Shown piece after piece: positions 30,251 through 40,620 of a DNA stretch of 64,000 bases. Source of the stretch: Clostridia bacterium (GTDB lineage: Bacteria; Bacillota; Clostridia; TANB77; CAG-508); assembly GCA_017477355.1 (NCBI GenBank), contig JAFUWA010000012.1, positions 50,636 to 114,635 of the forward strand. Direction: 5' to 3'. How positions within the stretch are numbered: position 1 is the stretch's first letter; each line of letters opens with the position of its first letter. A program made the translations under genes and the position numbers. Below the pieces are notes generated by a model. It saw nothing but the letters and a program-made list of their open reading frames with translations, made no database searches and was not told the DNA's origin.

Positions 30251-31381
30251 TTACTGATTCTCCTTATTTTCATCAATCTTTTGAATATTTTTATCTTCTT
30301 CATCGCTTTCTTCTAACAATCTTTGCTTAAAAAATTCCTTATATCCAACTAAAATGATAATAATAACCATAATAGCAAATGATAAAGCTTTCCAAATTCC
30401 ACTATCCATGCAAATAATTACGAAAATTCCAAGAATTGCAGTAATTCCATATAGAATTAATACAGATTGTTTCTGTGTAAATCCAGCCTTTAACATCTTA
30501 TGATGTAAATGATTAGCATCAGGTTGCATAATTGCTTTAATAGAATGTCCTTTAATAATTCTTCTAAAAATTGCAAAAATTGTATCAAAGATTGGAAGTG
30601 CAAGAACGATAATAGGCGCAATAATAACAATTGCTGTATATGTCTTAGCAATTCCTATAATTGATATAATGGAAATACAATATCCTAAAAAATTTGATCC
30701 AGTATCTCCAATAAACGTTTTAGCAGGGTTAAAATTAAATGGTAAAAATCCAACCAACGCGCCTGATAATGCTGTTATCAATATAATAGACATTAATGGT
30801 GATCCATTTAATGAAAAAATAATCAACAATGAAATACATGAAATAAGAGTAATACCTGTTGAAAGCCCATCTAAACCATCTATCAAATTAATGGCATTTG
30901 TAACACCAATAATCCAACCAATTGTTAATATTTTATAAAAAATATCACTTCCAATTTTTCCCATAAAGGGAATCGTAACATTTTCGATAATAATTCCACA
31001 TTTTACTGTGACACATGCTGCAATAATTTGAGCTATCAGTTTTACTAGAGCAGGAGCTCCTTTGACATCATCATAGAAACAAGTAATTCCAATAACCAAT
31101 CCACCAATTGCAAATCCTAATAATTTCAAGTGATAATCATTCTCACGCAAATCTATTTTTTTCTCAATTGACATAGCTACTAATAAATAGATTACAGAAA
31201 CTAAAAAACCTAATATTACAGCAAGTCCACCTAGTCTTGTCATTGTCACTTTATTAATACGTCTTTCGTCTTTGGGAGTATCAACTGCTCCAATTTTTTT
31301 AGCCAAACGAATCGTATATGGTGTTGTCATGAATGTTGTTAAAAATGCTATTGTAAATGCTATCGCAATGTCCCCCCACAT
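30251..31381 (-). CDS. glycosyltransferase family 4 (MraY/WecA/TagO-type undecaprenyl-phosphate sugar-1-phosphate transferase)
   Basis: Polytopic. [24 protein letters not shown] and DANHLHH motifs. Confidence 0.8.
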   Translation of the reverse strand: MWGDIAIAFTIAFLTTFMTTPYTIRLAKKIGAVDTPKDERRINKVTMTRLGGLAVILGFLVSVIYLLVAMSIEKKIDLRENDYHLKLLGFAIGGLVIGITCFYDDVKGAPALVKLIAQIIAACVTVKCGIIIENVTIPFMGKIGSDIFYKILTIGWIIGVTNAINLIDGLDGLSTGITLISCISLLIIFSLNGSPLMSIILITALSGALVGFLPFNFNPAKTFIGDTGSNFLGYCISIISIIGIAKTYTAIVIIAPIIVLALPIFDTIFAIFRRIIKGHSIKAIMQPDANHLHHKMLKAGFTQKQSVLILYGITAILGIFVIICMDSGIWKALSFAIMVIIIILVGYKEFFKQRLLEESDEEDKNIQKIDENKENQ

Positions 31382-31394
31382 AGCTATTTCCTTT

Positions 31395-31841
31395 CTATTT
31401 CATTTCATTTTTTTCTATATTTTCTATCATCTGTAATCTTTCAGCATATCTTCCGCCTTTAAATTCTGTTGCAATCCAAATTCTAATTGTCGCAATTACT
31501 TCAGAAAGGCTCATATAATCTCCTGGTATTACTAAAACATTAATATCATCATCCGCTTTAGAAGCACCAGCTACTTCCTTATTAAATCCTAAAGCAGCTC
31601 TAACCCCTCTAAATTTATTGGCTGCCATAGTCATACCAGCTCCAGATCTACAAATTAAAATTCCACTATCACATTCTTTATTTTGAATCGCTTTTGCCAC
31701 TTTTTCAGCATAAATTGGATAATCCGTTCGATCCGCCGTATCTGTTCCATAATCTTTATATTTTATTTCATTTTCATCAAGATATTTTTTGATTTCCTTT
31801 TTTAAATCAAAACCGCCATGGTCTGCACCTAATGCTATCAT
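31395..31841 (-). CDS. rpiB: ribose-5-phosphate isomerase B
   Basis: MIALGADHGGFDLKKEIKKYL and ICRSGAGMTMAANK motifs. Confidence 0.9.
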   Translation of the reverse strand: MIALGADHGGFDLKKEIKKYLDENEIKYKDYGTDTADRTDYPIYAEKVAKAIQNKECDSGILICRSGAGMTMAANKFRGVRAALGFNKEVAGASKADDDINVLVIPGDYMSLSEVIATIRIWIATEFKGGRYAERLQMIENIEKNEMK

Positions 31842-31968
31842 ATTTTACCTCCCAATTTTAATTTTGAAATGTTTCCATATTAACGCATTTTTATAGGATA
31901 TAGCATATCATAATTAGCCTATATTTTCAAGTAAATTTCAACTTTTTACACATTTTTTCACAAAAGAC

Positions 31969-31997
31969 TTGCTTTTTTTCGTCTTACGTGTTAAAAT
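31969..31997 (+). promoter_or_regulatory. sigmaA-type promoter of rpsT
   Basis: TTGCTT, 17 nt, TG-extended TAAAAT. Confidence 0.5.
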
Positions 31998-32043
31998 ATT
32001 CAAAGAAATTGACTTGAATTTGACGAGGGAGGTGCAAAAGAGC

Positions 32044-32307
32044 ATGCCAAACATTAAATCAGCTATTAAAAGAGTAGATATTATTGAAAAGAAAACTTTA
32101 CAAAATAATATGGTAAAATCAGCATATAAAACAGCTGTAAAATCATTTGAAGCAGCAGTTGCTGAAGGTGATAAATCAAAAGCTGAAGTAGCATTTAAAG
32201 AAGCAGTAAAAAAAGTTGACCAAGCTTGCACAAAAGGTGTTATTAAAGCTAACACAGCTTCTAGAAAAAAATCAAATTTAGCAAAAAAATTAAATGAAAT
32301 GAAATAA
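32044..32307 (+). CDS. rpsT: 30S ribosomal protein S20
   Basis: MPNIKSAIKRVDIIEKKTLQNN...; RBS GGGAGG upstream. Confidence 0.9.
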   Translation: MPNIKSAIKRVDIIEKKTLQNNMVKSAYKTAVKSFEAAVAEGDKSKAEVAFKEAVKKVDQACTKGVIKANTASRKKSNLAKKLNEMK

Positions 32308-32314
32308 ATAAAAA

Positions 32315-32391
32315 GAGGGAAAATGGGACGTACCACTTTTCCTCTTTTTATTTTTCAAAAAAGGGAAAAGTGGTACGTCCCATTTTCCCTC
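32315..32391. repeat. inverted pair of the GGGACGTACCAC-core repeat unit (copy C); bidirectional terminator
   Basis: GAGGGAAAATGGGACGTACCACTTTTCCTC (32315-32344) and GGGAAAAGTGGTACGTCCCATTTTCCCTC (32363-32391), between convergent genes. Confidence 0.9.
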
Positions 32392-32394
32392 TTT

Positions 32395-33630
32395 TTAAAC
32401 TTTTATTTGTTCTCCATCTTTTAAAACTTTAAAGTTATCTAATTGATTTTCTACATTTTTCTCATTACTGAAATCTAATGGAATTACAACTTTTGGTCTT
32501 AATTTATAAATCATTTCTTTAATTGTATTCATATTAACTTGTCCATGTGTATATAATTCATAGTAATCCATATCGTAACTTTTCAAAACATTCATGAAAT
32601 CTTCTAATTCCTTATCATCTTCCATAAATCCTTTCCATTCAGAAACAATAATACAAGCATCATAAAATGCTCTTTCTTTTTCAAGAATTTGAATATCTTG
32701 CAAAAAGTCCTTTGTAACGTTCATTACGTATTTTCCTTTTTTCATTTTTGTTAAAGCACTACTAATAGAGAATGGTACAACATATTTCTTTTTGAATTCA
32801 AAATCCATATTTTCTAAAACTAATGGATTATAACTATATACCTTCTTAGCTGAAAATGGTGATGGACAACTACCATTAGCAATTGTAGCTAAATTGCATA
32901 AAAAAGAACTTTCCACAAAAATTTTTTTAGTTTTCAATGCTGCTTGATAAATGTTAGAAGCCATAATTAAATCTGTCTCAGATTGTAATACAAATACTTG
33001 CTTATAAAATTTCATAATATTTCTTAGTTTTTCTAAAATTTCTTTTCCAGAAGAAAACTCCAATCCATGTTTTCCAAGATACTTTCCCTCTACAATAAGC
33101 ACATCTGCATTTTTAATAATAGATATTGCTGTATTTAGCTTATCTTGCCCATAAGAACCATCATAATTTTTAAAGTCACCACTAATAACAACACTTTTTC
33201 CAAACTTATCTTTTATATGCAAAATATAGGTATTAAAATTAGATGAATCCACAAGATATGGTGTTATTTCTAAATCTTTAACTTTATTTGTTTCTGATTC
33301 AATTATTCCTTTAATATTTTCCTTTTTAGTCAACTTTTTAAAATCCATGCAAACATCATACAAAGATTTCAATTTTCTCACTAAAAAGATTGGTATATCT
33401 TTTAAAGCATAATCTACTATATTACAATTTTCAGGATTCCTTAAGACAAACACTCCATCATAATTTGGTGTTCCGGTTGTTAAACCATCTATCATTGGAT
33501 TAATTCTTTCAGCGACATCACCAGTTCCAACTTCTTCTCCAAAACCAATAATAACTTTTGCTTCTTCACTTTCTATTTCTAGGAGCTCTCTACTTACAGC
33601 ATTTGCTTCTTTAATTATCTTTAGTTTCAT
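32395..33630 (-). CDS. hypothetical protein, 411 aa
   Basis: Long intact ORF with host-like composition; no family recognised by eye. Confidence 0.5.
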   Translation of the reverse strand: MKLKIIKEANAVSRELLEIESEEAKVIIGFGEEVGTGDVAERINPMIDGLTTGTPNYDGVFVLRNPENCNIVDYALKDIPIFLVRKLKSLYDVCMDFKKLTKKENIKGIIESETNKVKDLEITPYLVDSSNFNTYILHIKDKFGKSVVISGDFKNYDGSYGQDKLNTAISIIKNADVLIVEGKYLGKHGLEFSSGKEILEKLRNIMKFYKQVFVLQSETDLIMASNIYQAALKTKKIFVESSFLCNLATIANGSCPSPFSAKKVYSYNPLVLENMDFEFKKKYVVPFSISSALTKMKKGKYVMNVTKDFLQDIQILEKERAFYDACIIVSEWKGFMEDDKELEDFMNVLKSYDMDYYELYTHGQVNMNTIKEMIYKLRPKVVIPLDFSNEKNVENQLDNFKVLKDGEQIKV

Positions 33631-33634
33631 ATAT

Positions 33635-34636
33635 TTAGACCTCTGCTACTACTAATTTATTATAACTTCCTTCATTATTTGGAAGTCCAATCTTTAGTAC
33701 TATATTTAGTTTTAAATTATTATCTAAAAAGTAAACCAATTTATTGTTTAATAAGTCTTCTTGATAAGATGTATAAATTTGTTTTCTACAATTCTCTATT
33801 TCTTCACTTCTTTCATCTACTTGTTCTTGTGTTGTAAATCTACCAGCTACTAAATAATAACTATTATAATCATCCAAATTATTGATTGTCTTTTGAATTG
33901 TCTCTGAAGCATTTGTAATACCAGCTACATAACAAACTTGATTATAATCTAATTTTGTTCCAGATAGAATATCAAAATTATACGTTATGTATTCAGAGCT
34001 TTCACTAGCCCCTTGTCCTCTTTGTACTGTCAATAATATAGAATAGATATTAGATGTGATATAAGAATTGTAACTAACCTTAATATAACTATTTTTATTT
34101 TGACTACAAACTACAAATTCATCTATATATTGATTATAAAGTCCTTCAATCTCTTGGTTCATAGCACTAGCATCGCTAGAAACCATGTTAATATACGGAA
34201 CAATAATATCAGATACAGCATAAGTATTTCCGTCACTTGAAGAATAACTATTTTCTTTAATACCATTTGCAGGATATTGCGCATCATAAATATATGCTCT
34301 ATTATCTACAATTTTTCTAGCATATTCATTCTCTTCTGAAACATTATTTTCACTAACAGTATTTGTATTGGTTGTTTTTACTACTTGATTGCTAACTATA
34401 TTTTCTTCTTTATCTTTTATTATTTCGTTAACAATATTTTCTTCCGGTTCTTCAAGCGGATCTACTGAAGCATTACTTTCATTAGCGTCAACTTCTGTTA
34501 TCTCCATATTATTCAATTTCTTTTGCTGTGTATAAATAATTAGTCCCATAACAATGACAACAATAATTAGCAAAATATCTAATATTAGCAAAAATAGTGG
34601 CATTATGCCTATTTTATAAGCTTTTTTCTCTTCCAT
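33635..34636 (-). CDS. membrane-anchored hypothetical protein, 333 aa
   Basis: N-terminal TM segment (IGIMPLFLLILDILLIIVVIVMGLIIY); no family recognised. Confidence 0.5.
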   Translation of the reverse strand: MEEKKAYKIGIMPLFLLILDILLIIVVIVMGLIIYTQQKKLNNMEITEVDANESNASVDPLEEPEENIVNEIIKDKEENIVSNQVVKTTNTNTVSENNVSEENEYARKIVDNRAYIYDAQYPANGIKENSYSSSDGNTYAVSDIIVPYINMVSSDASAMNQEIEGLYNQYIDEFVVCSQNKNSYIKVSYNSYITSNIYSILLTVQRGQGASESSEYITYNFDILSGTKLDYNQVCYVAGITNASETIQKTINNLDDYNSYYLVAGRFTTQEQVDERSEEIENCRKQIYTSYQEDLLNNKLVYFLDNNLKLNIVLKIGLPNNEGSYNKLVVAEV

Positions 34637-34802
34637 ATTCTAACCCTCTTCATAAGTATATATATTATTGTATCAATAAAGAAAATAAAAAACAATACCA
34701 TTTTTAAAATTAGAGAAAATCGAAGATATAAAGAGCTTTTTAGAGATAATTATAAAAAAATTCAATACATTATTTTCCAATCAAATTTTATTAAAAAATA
34801 TG

Positions 34803-34831
34803 TTGATAAATTGTGAAAAATGTGTTATACT
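34803..34831 (+). promoter_or_regulatory. sigmaA-type promoter (TTGATA, 17 nt, TG-extended TATACT)
   Basis: Shares the 16-nt string TGTTATACTAATTTAT with a second box at 35050-35065. Confidence 0.5.
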
Positions 34832-34878
34832 AATTTATGTTAATAAAAAAATTTTATGAAAAAAGAAGGTGATTTTAA

Positions 34879-34998
34879 ATGTCTATATGTGAATCGAATA
34901 GCTCTGATGACGGTAGTTATAAGCAGATTGCTTGTTTTGGTATGAACTTTTTGTATAGCATTTTATCGCCTATTTTGGTTAATATATGTGATTTTTAA
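34879..34998 (+). CDS. possible 39-aa small ORF (4 Cys)
   Basis: ATG 8 nt after AAGGTGA: MSICESNSSDDGSYKQIACFGMNFLYSILSPILVNICDF. It is below the ORF-track length cutoff, and there is no homology evidence. Confidence 0.25.
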   Translation: MSICESNSSDDGSYKQIACFGMNFLYSILSPILVNICDF

Positions 34999-35049
34999 AT
35001 TTTAGCCTTTTAATATATTTTAAATCAATCACAAACTTTCGTGCGATAT

Positions 35050-35058
35050 TGTTATACT
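35050..35058 (+). promoter_or_regulatory. TG-extended -10 box (TGTTATACT) upstream of the pyruvyl transferase gene
   Basis: Duplicate of the -10 region at 34823-34831. No good -35 element. Confidence 0.35.
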
Positions 35059-35100
35059 AATTTATCGCGCTTTTTTTGCGCTCAAAAATATATTAAAAGG

Positions 35101-36108
35101 AGAACAATTATGGATAACTTAAACAAAAAACTAAATAAAATTTGGCTAGTTTTAGCCCCTGATTATGGAAATATCGGAGATATTGCTATTGCTTTAGCAC
35201 AAAGAAAAATTATTAATGACGTATACCCAACAAATCAAATCGTTGAAATTCCTATGATGAACTACTTCGAACATAAAGATCAAATGAAAAATAATATTGC
35301 AGATGAAGATATCATCACTATTATTGGCGGTGGAAATATGGGAAATCTTTACTTGGGATTTGAAGAAAAACGTAGAGATATCGTTCAATCATTTCCTAAT
35401 AATAAAATCATTTCTTTTCCTCAAAGTATTTCTTTTGAAGATTCAGAAGTAGGACAAACAGAGTTTCAAAATTCTCTTGATATTTATAAAAATCATACAG
35501 ATTTATCTATTTTTATTAGAGAAAACCTTTCATATGATAAGATGAAGAAAAGAATGGATAATGTTATCATCGTTCCAGATACAGTTATGTATCTTACTGA
35601 TAAAATCGAAAAAAATCCTAGTATTTCAAGAGACAAGATTATGCTTTGTTTTAGAAATGATAGAGAAAAAGTTACTGAAAATGATATTATAGAAGAAACT
35701 GTTGAATTATTTAATCATCATGAATATCGAGACATTGAAATTATGGATACACATCTTGGAGAAATCAGAATTAAACCAGAAGAAAAAGAAGAAATTTTTG
35801 ATAGTATCATCAAAAAATTTCAATCAGCAAAGCTTGTTATTACAGATAGACTTCATGGTATGATTTTTGCTTTAATTACAAAAACTCCTTGTATTGCTCT
35901 AGATAACTCTACAAAGAAAATTTCTGCAACATATCATACTTGGTTAGAAAATATTCCATTTATGAGATTAGTAAAATCTTATGATAAAGAACAAATATTA
36001 GCTATTTCTCAAGAATTAATGCAACTAAACTTAAATTTAATCCAAATCAATTTTGATAAAGAATTTAAACCTTTAATTGATACATTAAAAGACACAAGTT
36101 TGCTTTAA
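35101..36108 (+). CDS. polysaccharide pyruvyl transferase family protein
   Basis: ATG at 35101 after AAGGAGA. PDYGNIGDIAIALAQ ... GGGNMGNLY ... VITDRLHGMIFALITKTPCIALDN pattern of PS_pyruv_trans. Confidence 0.75.
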   Translation, partial: RTIMDNLNKKLNKIWLVLAPDYGNIGDIAIALAQRKIINDVYPTNQIVEIPMMNYFEHKDQMKNNIADEDIITIIGGGNMGNLYLGFEEKRRDIVQSFPNNKIISFPQSISFEDSEVGQTEFQNSLDIYKNHTDLSIFIRENLSYDKMKKRMDNVIIVPDTVMYLTDKIEKNPSISRDKIMLCFRNDREKVTENDIIEETVELFNHHEYRDIEIMDTHLGEIRIKPEEKEEIFDSIIKKFQSAKLVITDRLHGMIFALITKTPCIALDNSTKKISATYHTWLENIPFMRLVKSYDKEQILAISQELMQLNLNLIQINFDKEFKPLIDTLKDTSLL

Positions 36109-36121
36109 GCAAACTTGTGTC
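36091..36121. terminator. perfect hairpin shared by convergent genes
   Basis: GACACAAGTTTGC-TTTAA-GCAAACTTGTGTC, overlapping the stop codon of the + gene. Confidence 0.6.
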
Positions 36122-36122
36122 T

Positions 36123-37131
36123 TTATTCTTTCTTTCCCCATCCTGGGAATAGTTCTGGCAAGTTCTTATTATTTTTTAAATATCCCTCTTTATCTAATAC
36201 TAAATAATAAAAATGCAATTTCTTAACACTAGATGTCTCTTGAAATAATACCTCTTCTACCTTTTTAGCATCAAAAATTTGAACTAATCTCTTATATAAT
36301 CTCTGTATCTCTTCAGTCTCTAGCAAATCATTCATATCAAATAAACCGATATCATTATAAGTTTTAAGAGCGATATGAGCAATACTATAATCACAATAAT
36401 TCTCTAGTTTTGGCTCAATTTTTCTTAATTCCTCTGTTATTTCTATCGCAGCATTAATATAAGCAAGCTTCAATTCTTGAGTTTGTTCATGTAGAATACT
36501 TCCAGCACGTTGTAAATAATAATATTTTGCTACATCATTTAAAACAACTCTGCTAGCTTTTTCGAAAACTCTTGGAATCGTTAAAACATCTTCAAATACT
36601 TTCCCAACAGGGAATCTAATCTTCTCAAACAATTTTGCACTATACAATTTATTCCAAGCATATCCTCTGATTTTATCATCTAATAAAACTTCTTTTAATG
36701 CTTCTATTCTATCAAATACGAAAAATTTTCCGAGTTCCTACATTAATTACATTTTCTTCATCTACCATATAATTAGAACAAATTGAAATATCAGCATTAT
36801 TTTCTTTTAAATTTTTATATAGAAATTCTATCATATCTTTCTCTATATAATCATCACTATCAACAAATTGAATATACTTTCCCTTTGCACAGTCTAGTCC
36901 AAAATTTCTAGCATCTGAAAGTCCTCCATTTTCTTTATGAATTACCTTGATTCTAGTATCTTTTTGGGTCCATTCATCACACATCTTGCCACAAGAATCC
37001 GGTGATCCATCATCTACTAAAATCACCTCTAAATTTTTATATGTTTGACTAACAATTGAGTTTATACATTTATCCAAATACTTTTCTACCTTATAAACAG
37101 GTACAATTATTGATATTAATTCTTCTTCCAT
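36123..37131 (-). CDS. family 2 glycosyltransferase; frame broken at in-frame CGG 36730-36732
   Basis: N-terminus ISIIVPVYKVEKYLDKCINSIVSQTY..LVDDGSPD..VDSDD. Skipping the C gives INVGTGKFFVFDRIEALKEVLLDDKIRGYAWNKLYSAKLFEKIRFPVGKVFEDV, continuing into ORF 36123-36647. Confidence 0.85.
36730..36732 (-). other. in-frame CGG at +1 frame-break site (gga act CGG aaa att)
   Basis: Skipping the C restores INVGT-G-KFFVFDRIEALKEV. Confidence 0.85.
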
Positions 37132-37139
37132 ACATTCCT

Positions 37140-37755
37140 CTATTCTATATGATCTTTTTTATTAATAACTAATACTTTAAATCCTTTATTCTCATCATAT
37201 TCAACAATATTAATACTTGTATTTTTTTGACTATATTCTTCTCTCTGTTCTACAAATGGAACACACGTAATTCTTCTCAAAAATGCCTCTATTGCCACTC
37301 CATGTGAACAAATCAAAACTGTTTTCCCTAAATTTTGCTTTGCAATCTTTTCTATGCATTCATACATTCTTTTTTCAACTTGCTTAGTTGACTCTTGTTC
37401 AGGAATATTTTTAATTTCATTTGTTTCCTGATGAAGTTTATCGATTTCAGGATTAATCTGATTTACTTCTTCCCAACGCATTCCATCATATATTCCAAAA
37501 TACATTTCACACAAATTCTCATCTTGAATAATTTCTATAGAATTCAAATCTGCTAGAGGTTGAATTGTTTTTTTGGTTCTATCTGACGTGCTTGCGTAAG
37601 CTTTTTCAAATTTTATCTCTTTCAATGCATTTGTTAATTTTTCAATATATTTTTGCCCTATCCCTGTAACCTCATAATCGGTTCTTCCTGTTAATCGATG
37701 CTCGACATTCCCGTGTTGTATTAGTGTGTCTGATTAAATATATTTTTGTTTTCAT
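37140..37755 (-). CDS. histidine phosphatase (phosphoglycerate mutase-like) family protein; frame broken at in-frame CGG 37711-37713
   Basis: ATG at 37755: MKTKIYLIRHTNTT then CGG. Skipping the C gives GNVEHRLTGRTDYEVTGIGQKYIEKL...KFEKAYASTSDRTKKT...CSHGVAIEAF (RH..., H motifs of the family). Confidence 0.8.
37711..37713 (-). other. in-frame CGG at +1 frame-break site (aca aca CGG gaa tgt)
   Basis: Skipping the C restores LIRHTNTT-G-NVEHRLTGRTDYEVTG. Confidence 0.85.
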
Positions 37756-37835
37756 CTCTATATAAACCCCTTAAATTTAAAGAGCACGTAAGGCTCTTCT
37801 AGATGAGTTTTACGTGCTTTTTACATATTCAATTA

Positions 37836-38870
37836 TTATGTTTTTTCGAATTTAACAATCTTCAAATCTTTTTTGCTATCTGCTGCAGCTACTGCTGGTT
37901 CTTCTGGAACTACTTCGATTCCATTTCCGCTTCCGTCTGCGGCAATTTGATTTGGCATTGAAATTGGTATAATCTTTGGATTATTTTCAATAATTGTTGG
38001 AGCTTCCTCAGTAAAGACATAATTTCTTTTTGGGAATACTGGTGTATATGTTGAATCCTTTAAAGATTTTATAATACCATCTAATCTTGCTGGAACACCA
38101 AAAGTTTCATTTTTGATAAAACTCATAAGGTAAGGTTGTAACTCTTCTGGAGTTTCTTCATATAACTCCATTAAGTAATATAGCATTTTGTACATATCTT
38201 TACATCTTTTAATATTTGGAGTAGCCATAATTGAGCCTTCTCTGTTTCTGTAATATACATAAATTGGAATAGCACCAAATGAAATGTGTTTTGCTTTAAT
38301 TGCAGCTTTTATAGAGTAAACCATATCTTCATAGTACATACCTTCAATAAATGTTAAATTGTTTTCCTCTAAGAACTCTCTTCTCCATACTTTACTTGCA
38401 ACAGCAAAGTGCATATCGCATACAATTCTTGCTTTTTTTGTAGAGTTTTCTGCGTTAGGTAAGTATAATTTATTTCCACCACCAACGTATTGAACGCCAA
38501 AATAACAAATATCTAATTTTCTATTTCCAATTGTTGCATCGATTTTTGCCAAAGTATTTCTATCATATAAAGTATCATCACCATCTAAGTGAACAATATA
38601 TTCTCCTTTTGCTTGTGCTATAGCAATATTTCTTGATGCACTTAATCCTACATTTTTAGGATTATCAATTACTCTAATTTTTCCATTAGCCTTTTTTTCA
38701 AATCTTCTAAGAGTTCCTATTGTATCATCTTTTGAACCATCATTTACAATGATTAATTCAAAATTTTCGAATGTTTGATTCAATACACTCTCTATAGCTG
38801 TATCCACAATTTTCTCTAAATTATAAGCACACATAATTACCGAAAATCTCAGACTAGCTTTATCTTCCAT
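37836..38870 (-). CDS. family 2 glycosyltransferase
   Basis: FSVIMCAYNLEKIVDTAIESVLNQTF..IVNDGSKDDT..HLDGDD. Confidence 0.8.
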   Translation of the reverse strand: MEDKASLRFSVIMCAYNLEKIVDTAIESVLNQTFENFELIIVNDGSKDDTIGTLRRFEKKANGKIRVIDNPKNVGLSASRNIAIAQAKGEYIVHLDGDDTLYDRNTLAKIDATIGNRKLDICYFGVQYVGGGNKLYLPNAENSTKKARIVCDMHFAVASKVWRREFLEENNLTFIEGMYYEDMVYSIKAAIKAKHISFGAIPIYVYYRNREGSIMATPNIKRCKDMYKMLYYLMELYEETPEELQPYLMSFIKNETFGVPARLDGIIKSLKDSTYTPVFPKRNYVFTEEAPTIIENNPKIIPISMPNQIAADGSGNGIEVVPEEPAVAAADSKKDLKIVKFEKT

Positions 38871-39173
38871 ATTTCCTCCTTAGATACTTTTAAAAAGTAT
38901 CATTTAAAATATTATTAATATTATAATCTTTTTTCTTTAGAATAACCTTATTTGTTCTCAGCACAATTAATATTATACTCGCATTTTTGTCAATTGTCAA
39001 ATTTTATGTAACCCTTATTTCCGTTAGGATTTCAGCATCGAATCTTTTATTCTATACAATCTATATATAAGACAAATTATTCCTAAATTATGTTTCAACA
39101 TTTTCAAAAATTTTTAAGTATAATTTGTAATTTTTTTGTGAACAATAATAAAAAATTAAAGGAGGTAAAACTA

Positions 39174-39347
39174 GTGACAAGTAAAGAACTTTTATATGTT
39201 GAAGATAGCTTAGGACATGAACAATTTCTTAAAAAGTGTGCTTGCAAAACATCAGAACAATTGCAAGATCAAACTTTAAAAAATTATTTAAAGGAACTTG
39301 AAACAAAACATGAAACTTTGTTTCAACAATTTTTAGACCTACTTTAA
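39174..39347 (+). CDS. small protein preceding the CotF-like gene
   Basis: GTG at 39174, six nt after AAAGGAGG. 57 aa: VTSKELLYVEDSLGHEQFLKK... Confidence 0.5.
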   Translation: MTSKELLYVEDSLGHEQFLKKCACKTSEQLQDQTLKNYLKELETKHETLFQQFLDLL

Positions 39348-39357
39348 GGAGGAAAAA

Positions 39358-39603
39358 ATGGAAGATAAAGATTTAATGGAAAACCATTTATGTTTAGTAA
39401 AAGGAATTTGTGATTTATATTTACACGGAATGATTGAATCCTCTACTGCTGAAGTTCATAAACAATTCCAAAATGCTTTAAATGAAGAATTGAATATTCA
39501 AAACAAACTATACAACTTGATGAAAGAAAGAAACTGGTATCAAACAGATGAAGCTGATATGAGTAAAATTTCCATTGCAAAACAGAAATTCAATCAAAAT
39601 TAG
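39358..39603 (+). CDS. spore coat protein F-like (Coat_F domain)
   Basis: DKDLMENHLCLVKGICDLYLHGMIESSTAEVHKQFQNALNEEL resembles Coat_F family proteins. Confidence 0.6.
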   Translation: MEDKDLMENHLCLVKGICDLYLHGMIESSTAEVHKQFQNALNEELNIQNKLYNLMKERNWYQTDEADMSKISIAKQKFNQN

Positions 39604-39721
39604 AAAACCATCATCTTTTTGAAAATTCAAAAAGATGATTTTTATTTTTTACACATATCCCTTAAATTTGAAATTTCCTTTTATTCATGCTATATTTAGA
39701 GTATAAGGAAAGGAGAATACT

Positions 39722-40549
39722 ATGGAAAAAATAATAGATATAGATTTAATTCAAAAGATTGAACATCTAAAAGAATTCGGAATTGGACTTCACGGAATTG
39801 GTTCTGGTAGAGCAGGTGAAAAAAAGCAATTGGAAATTGCTGAACTAATTTTATCCAATGGATTAAAGCTAGGAACTAATTACGGAAGTATCAACGGAAA
39901 CGTTCGCCCTATTGGAATTGTTGGAGTAGATAATAAACAATTACAATCATCTCTATCTGATTATGCTTGGGGTAGTGGCAAACAAACTAATGTATTAGTA
40001 GCATACCCTTGCATCGTAGAAAACAGTTCTGGTGAAAAGCTATTTTTAGGATATACCTCTCCTCCTCCATATGGATATGATCAAAACACTCATCGTTCAT
40101 TAATGGATATTGTTTGTTCTTCTCTTGGTTATATTCCAAAAGAATTCATTTGTGGATATTATACTGACTCAGAAGGCAAATATGGAAATGTAAGTCCAGA
40201 TGAACATATTACATATGACTATACTGCAAATCCGAACTTTTGCAATGGTAGAAAAATAAGCGATCAACTTTTTGAAGAAATCAAACATCGTTTAGCACAT
40301 TACCAAGATTTATCTAAAGCATGTGCTGAGTCTCTAGACACTTTAGATATTGACAAATTAGTACCTGTTATTAAACAGAAGTTATCTATTTTAAAACGTT
40401 TTAAATTTCAAACAGAAATAGACTTTTTTAAAACAATTTACCAAGATGTTGCTTCTAGAATTGTAAGAGCGACTCAACAATTATCTCAAGCAAATAGTGT
40501 TTTAAATCCAGAGAACTCTGTAGAATCTATTTTTGAACAAGAACTTTAA
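39722..40549 (+). CDS. hypothetical protein, 275 aa
   Basis: Intact ORF after GGAGAATACT; no family recognised. Confidence 0.5.
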   Translation: MEKIIDIDLIQKIEHLKEFGIGLHGIGSGRAGEKKQLEIAELILSNGLKLGTNYGSINGNVRPIGIVGVDNKQLQSSLSDYAWGSGKQTNVLVAYPCIVENSSGEKLFLGYTSPPPYGYDQNTHRSLMDIVCSSLGYIPKEFICGYYTDSEGKYGNVSPDEHITYDYTANPNFCNGRKISDQLFEEIKHRLAHYQDLSKACAESLDTLDIDKLVPVIKQKLSILKRFKFQTEIDFFKTIYQDVASRIVRATQQLSQANSVLNPENSVESIFEQEL

Positions 40550-40620
40550 AAAAATATCGTATAAAAAAACCATCTTTTGGAAATAATGTTAATAGCTAAT
40601 TTCCAAAGGAGGTTTTTGTT

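Noticed and set aside
31938-32336. 132-aa minus-strand ORF overlapping rpsT
   Set aside because: It is the antisense shadow of the clearly recognisable S20 gene, with no RBS and a low-complexity hydrophobic translation.
5191-32391. Palindromic repeats as a CRISPR array
   Set aside because: The units occur as isolated inverted pairs kilobases apart, with no regular repeat-spacer periodicity and no cas genes.
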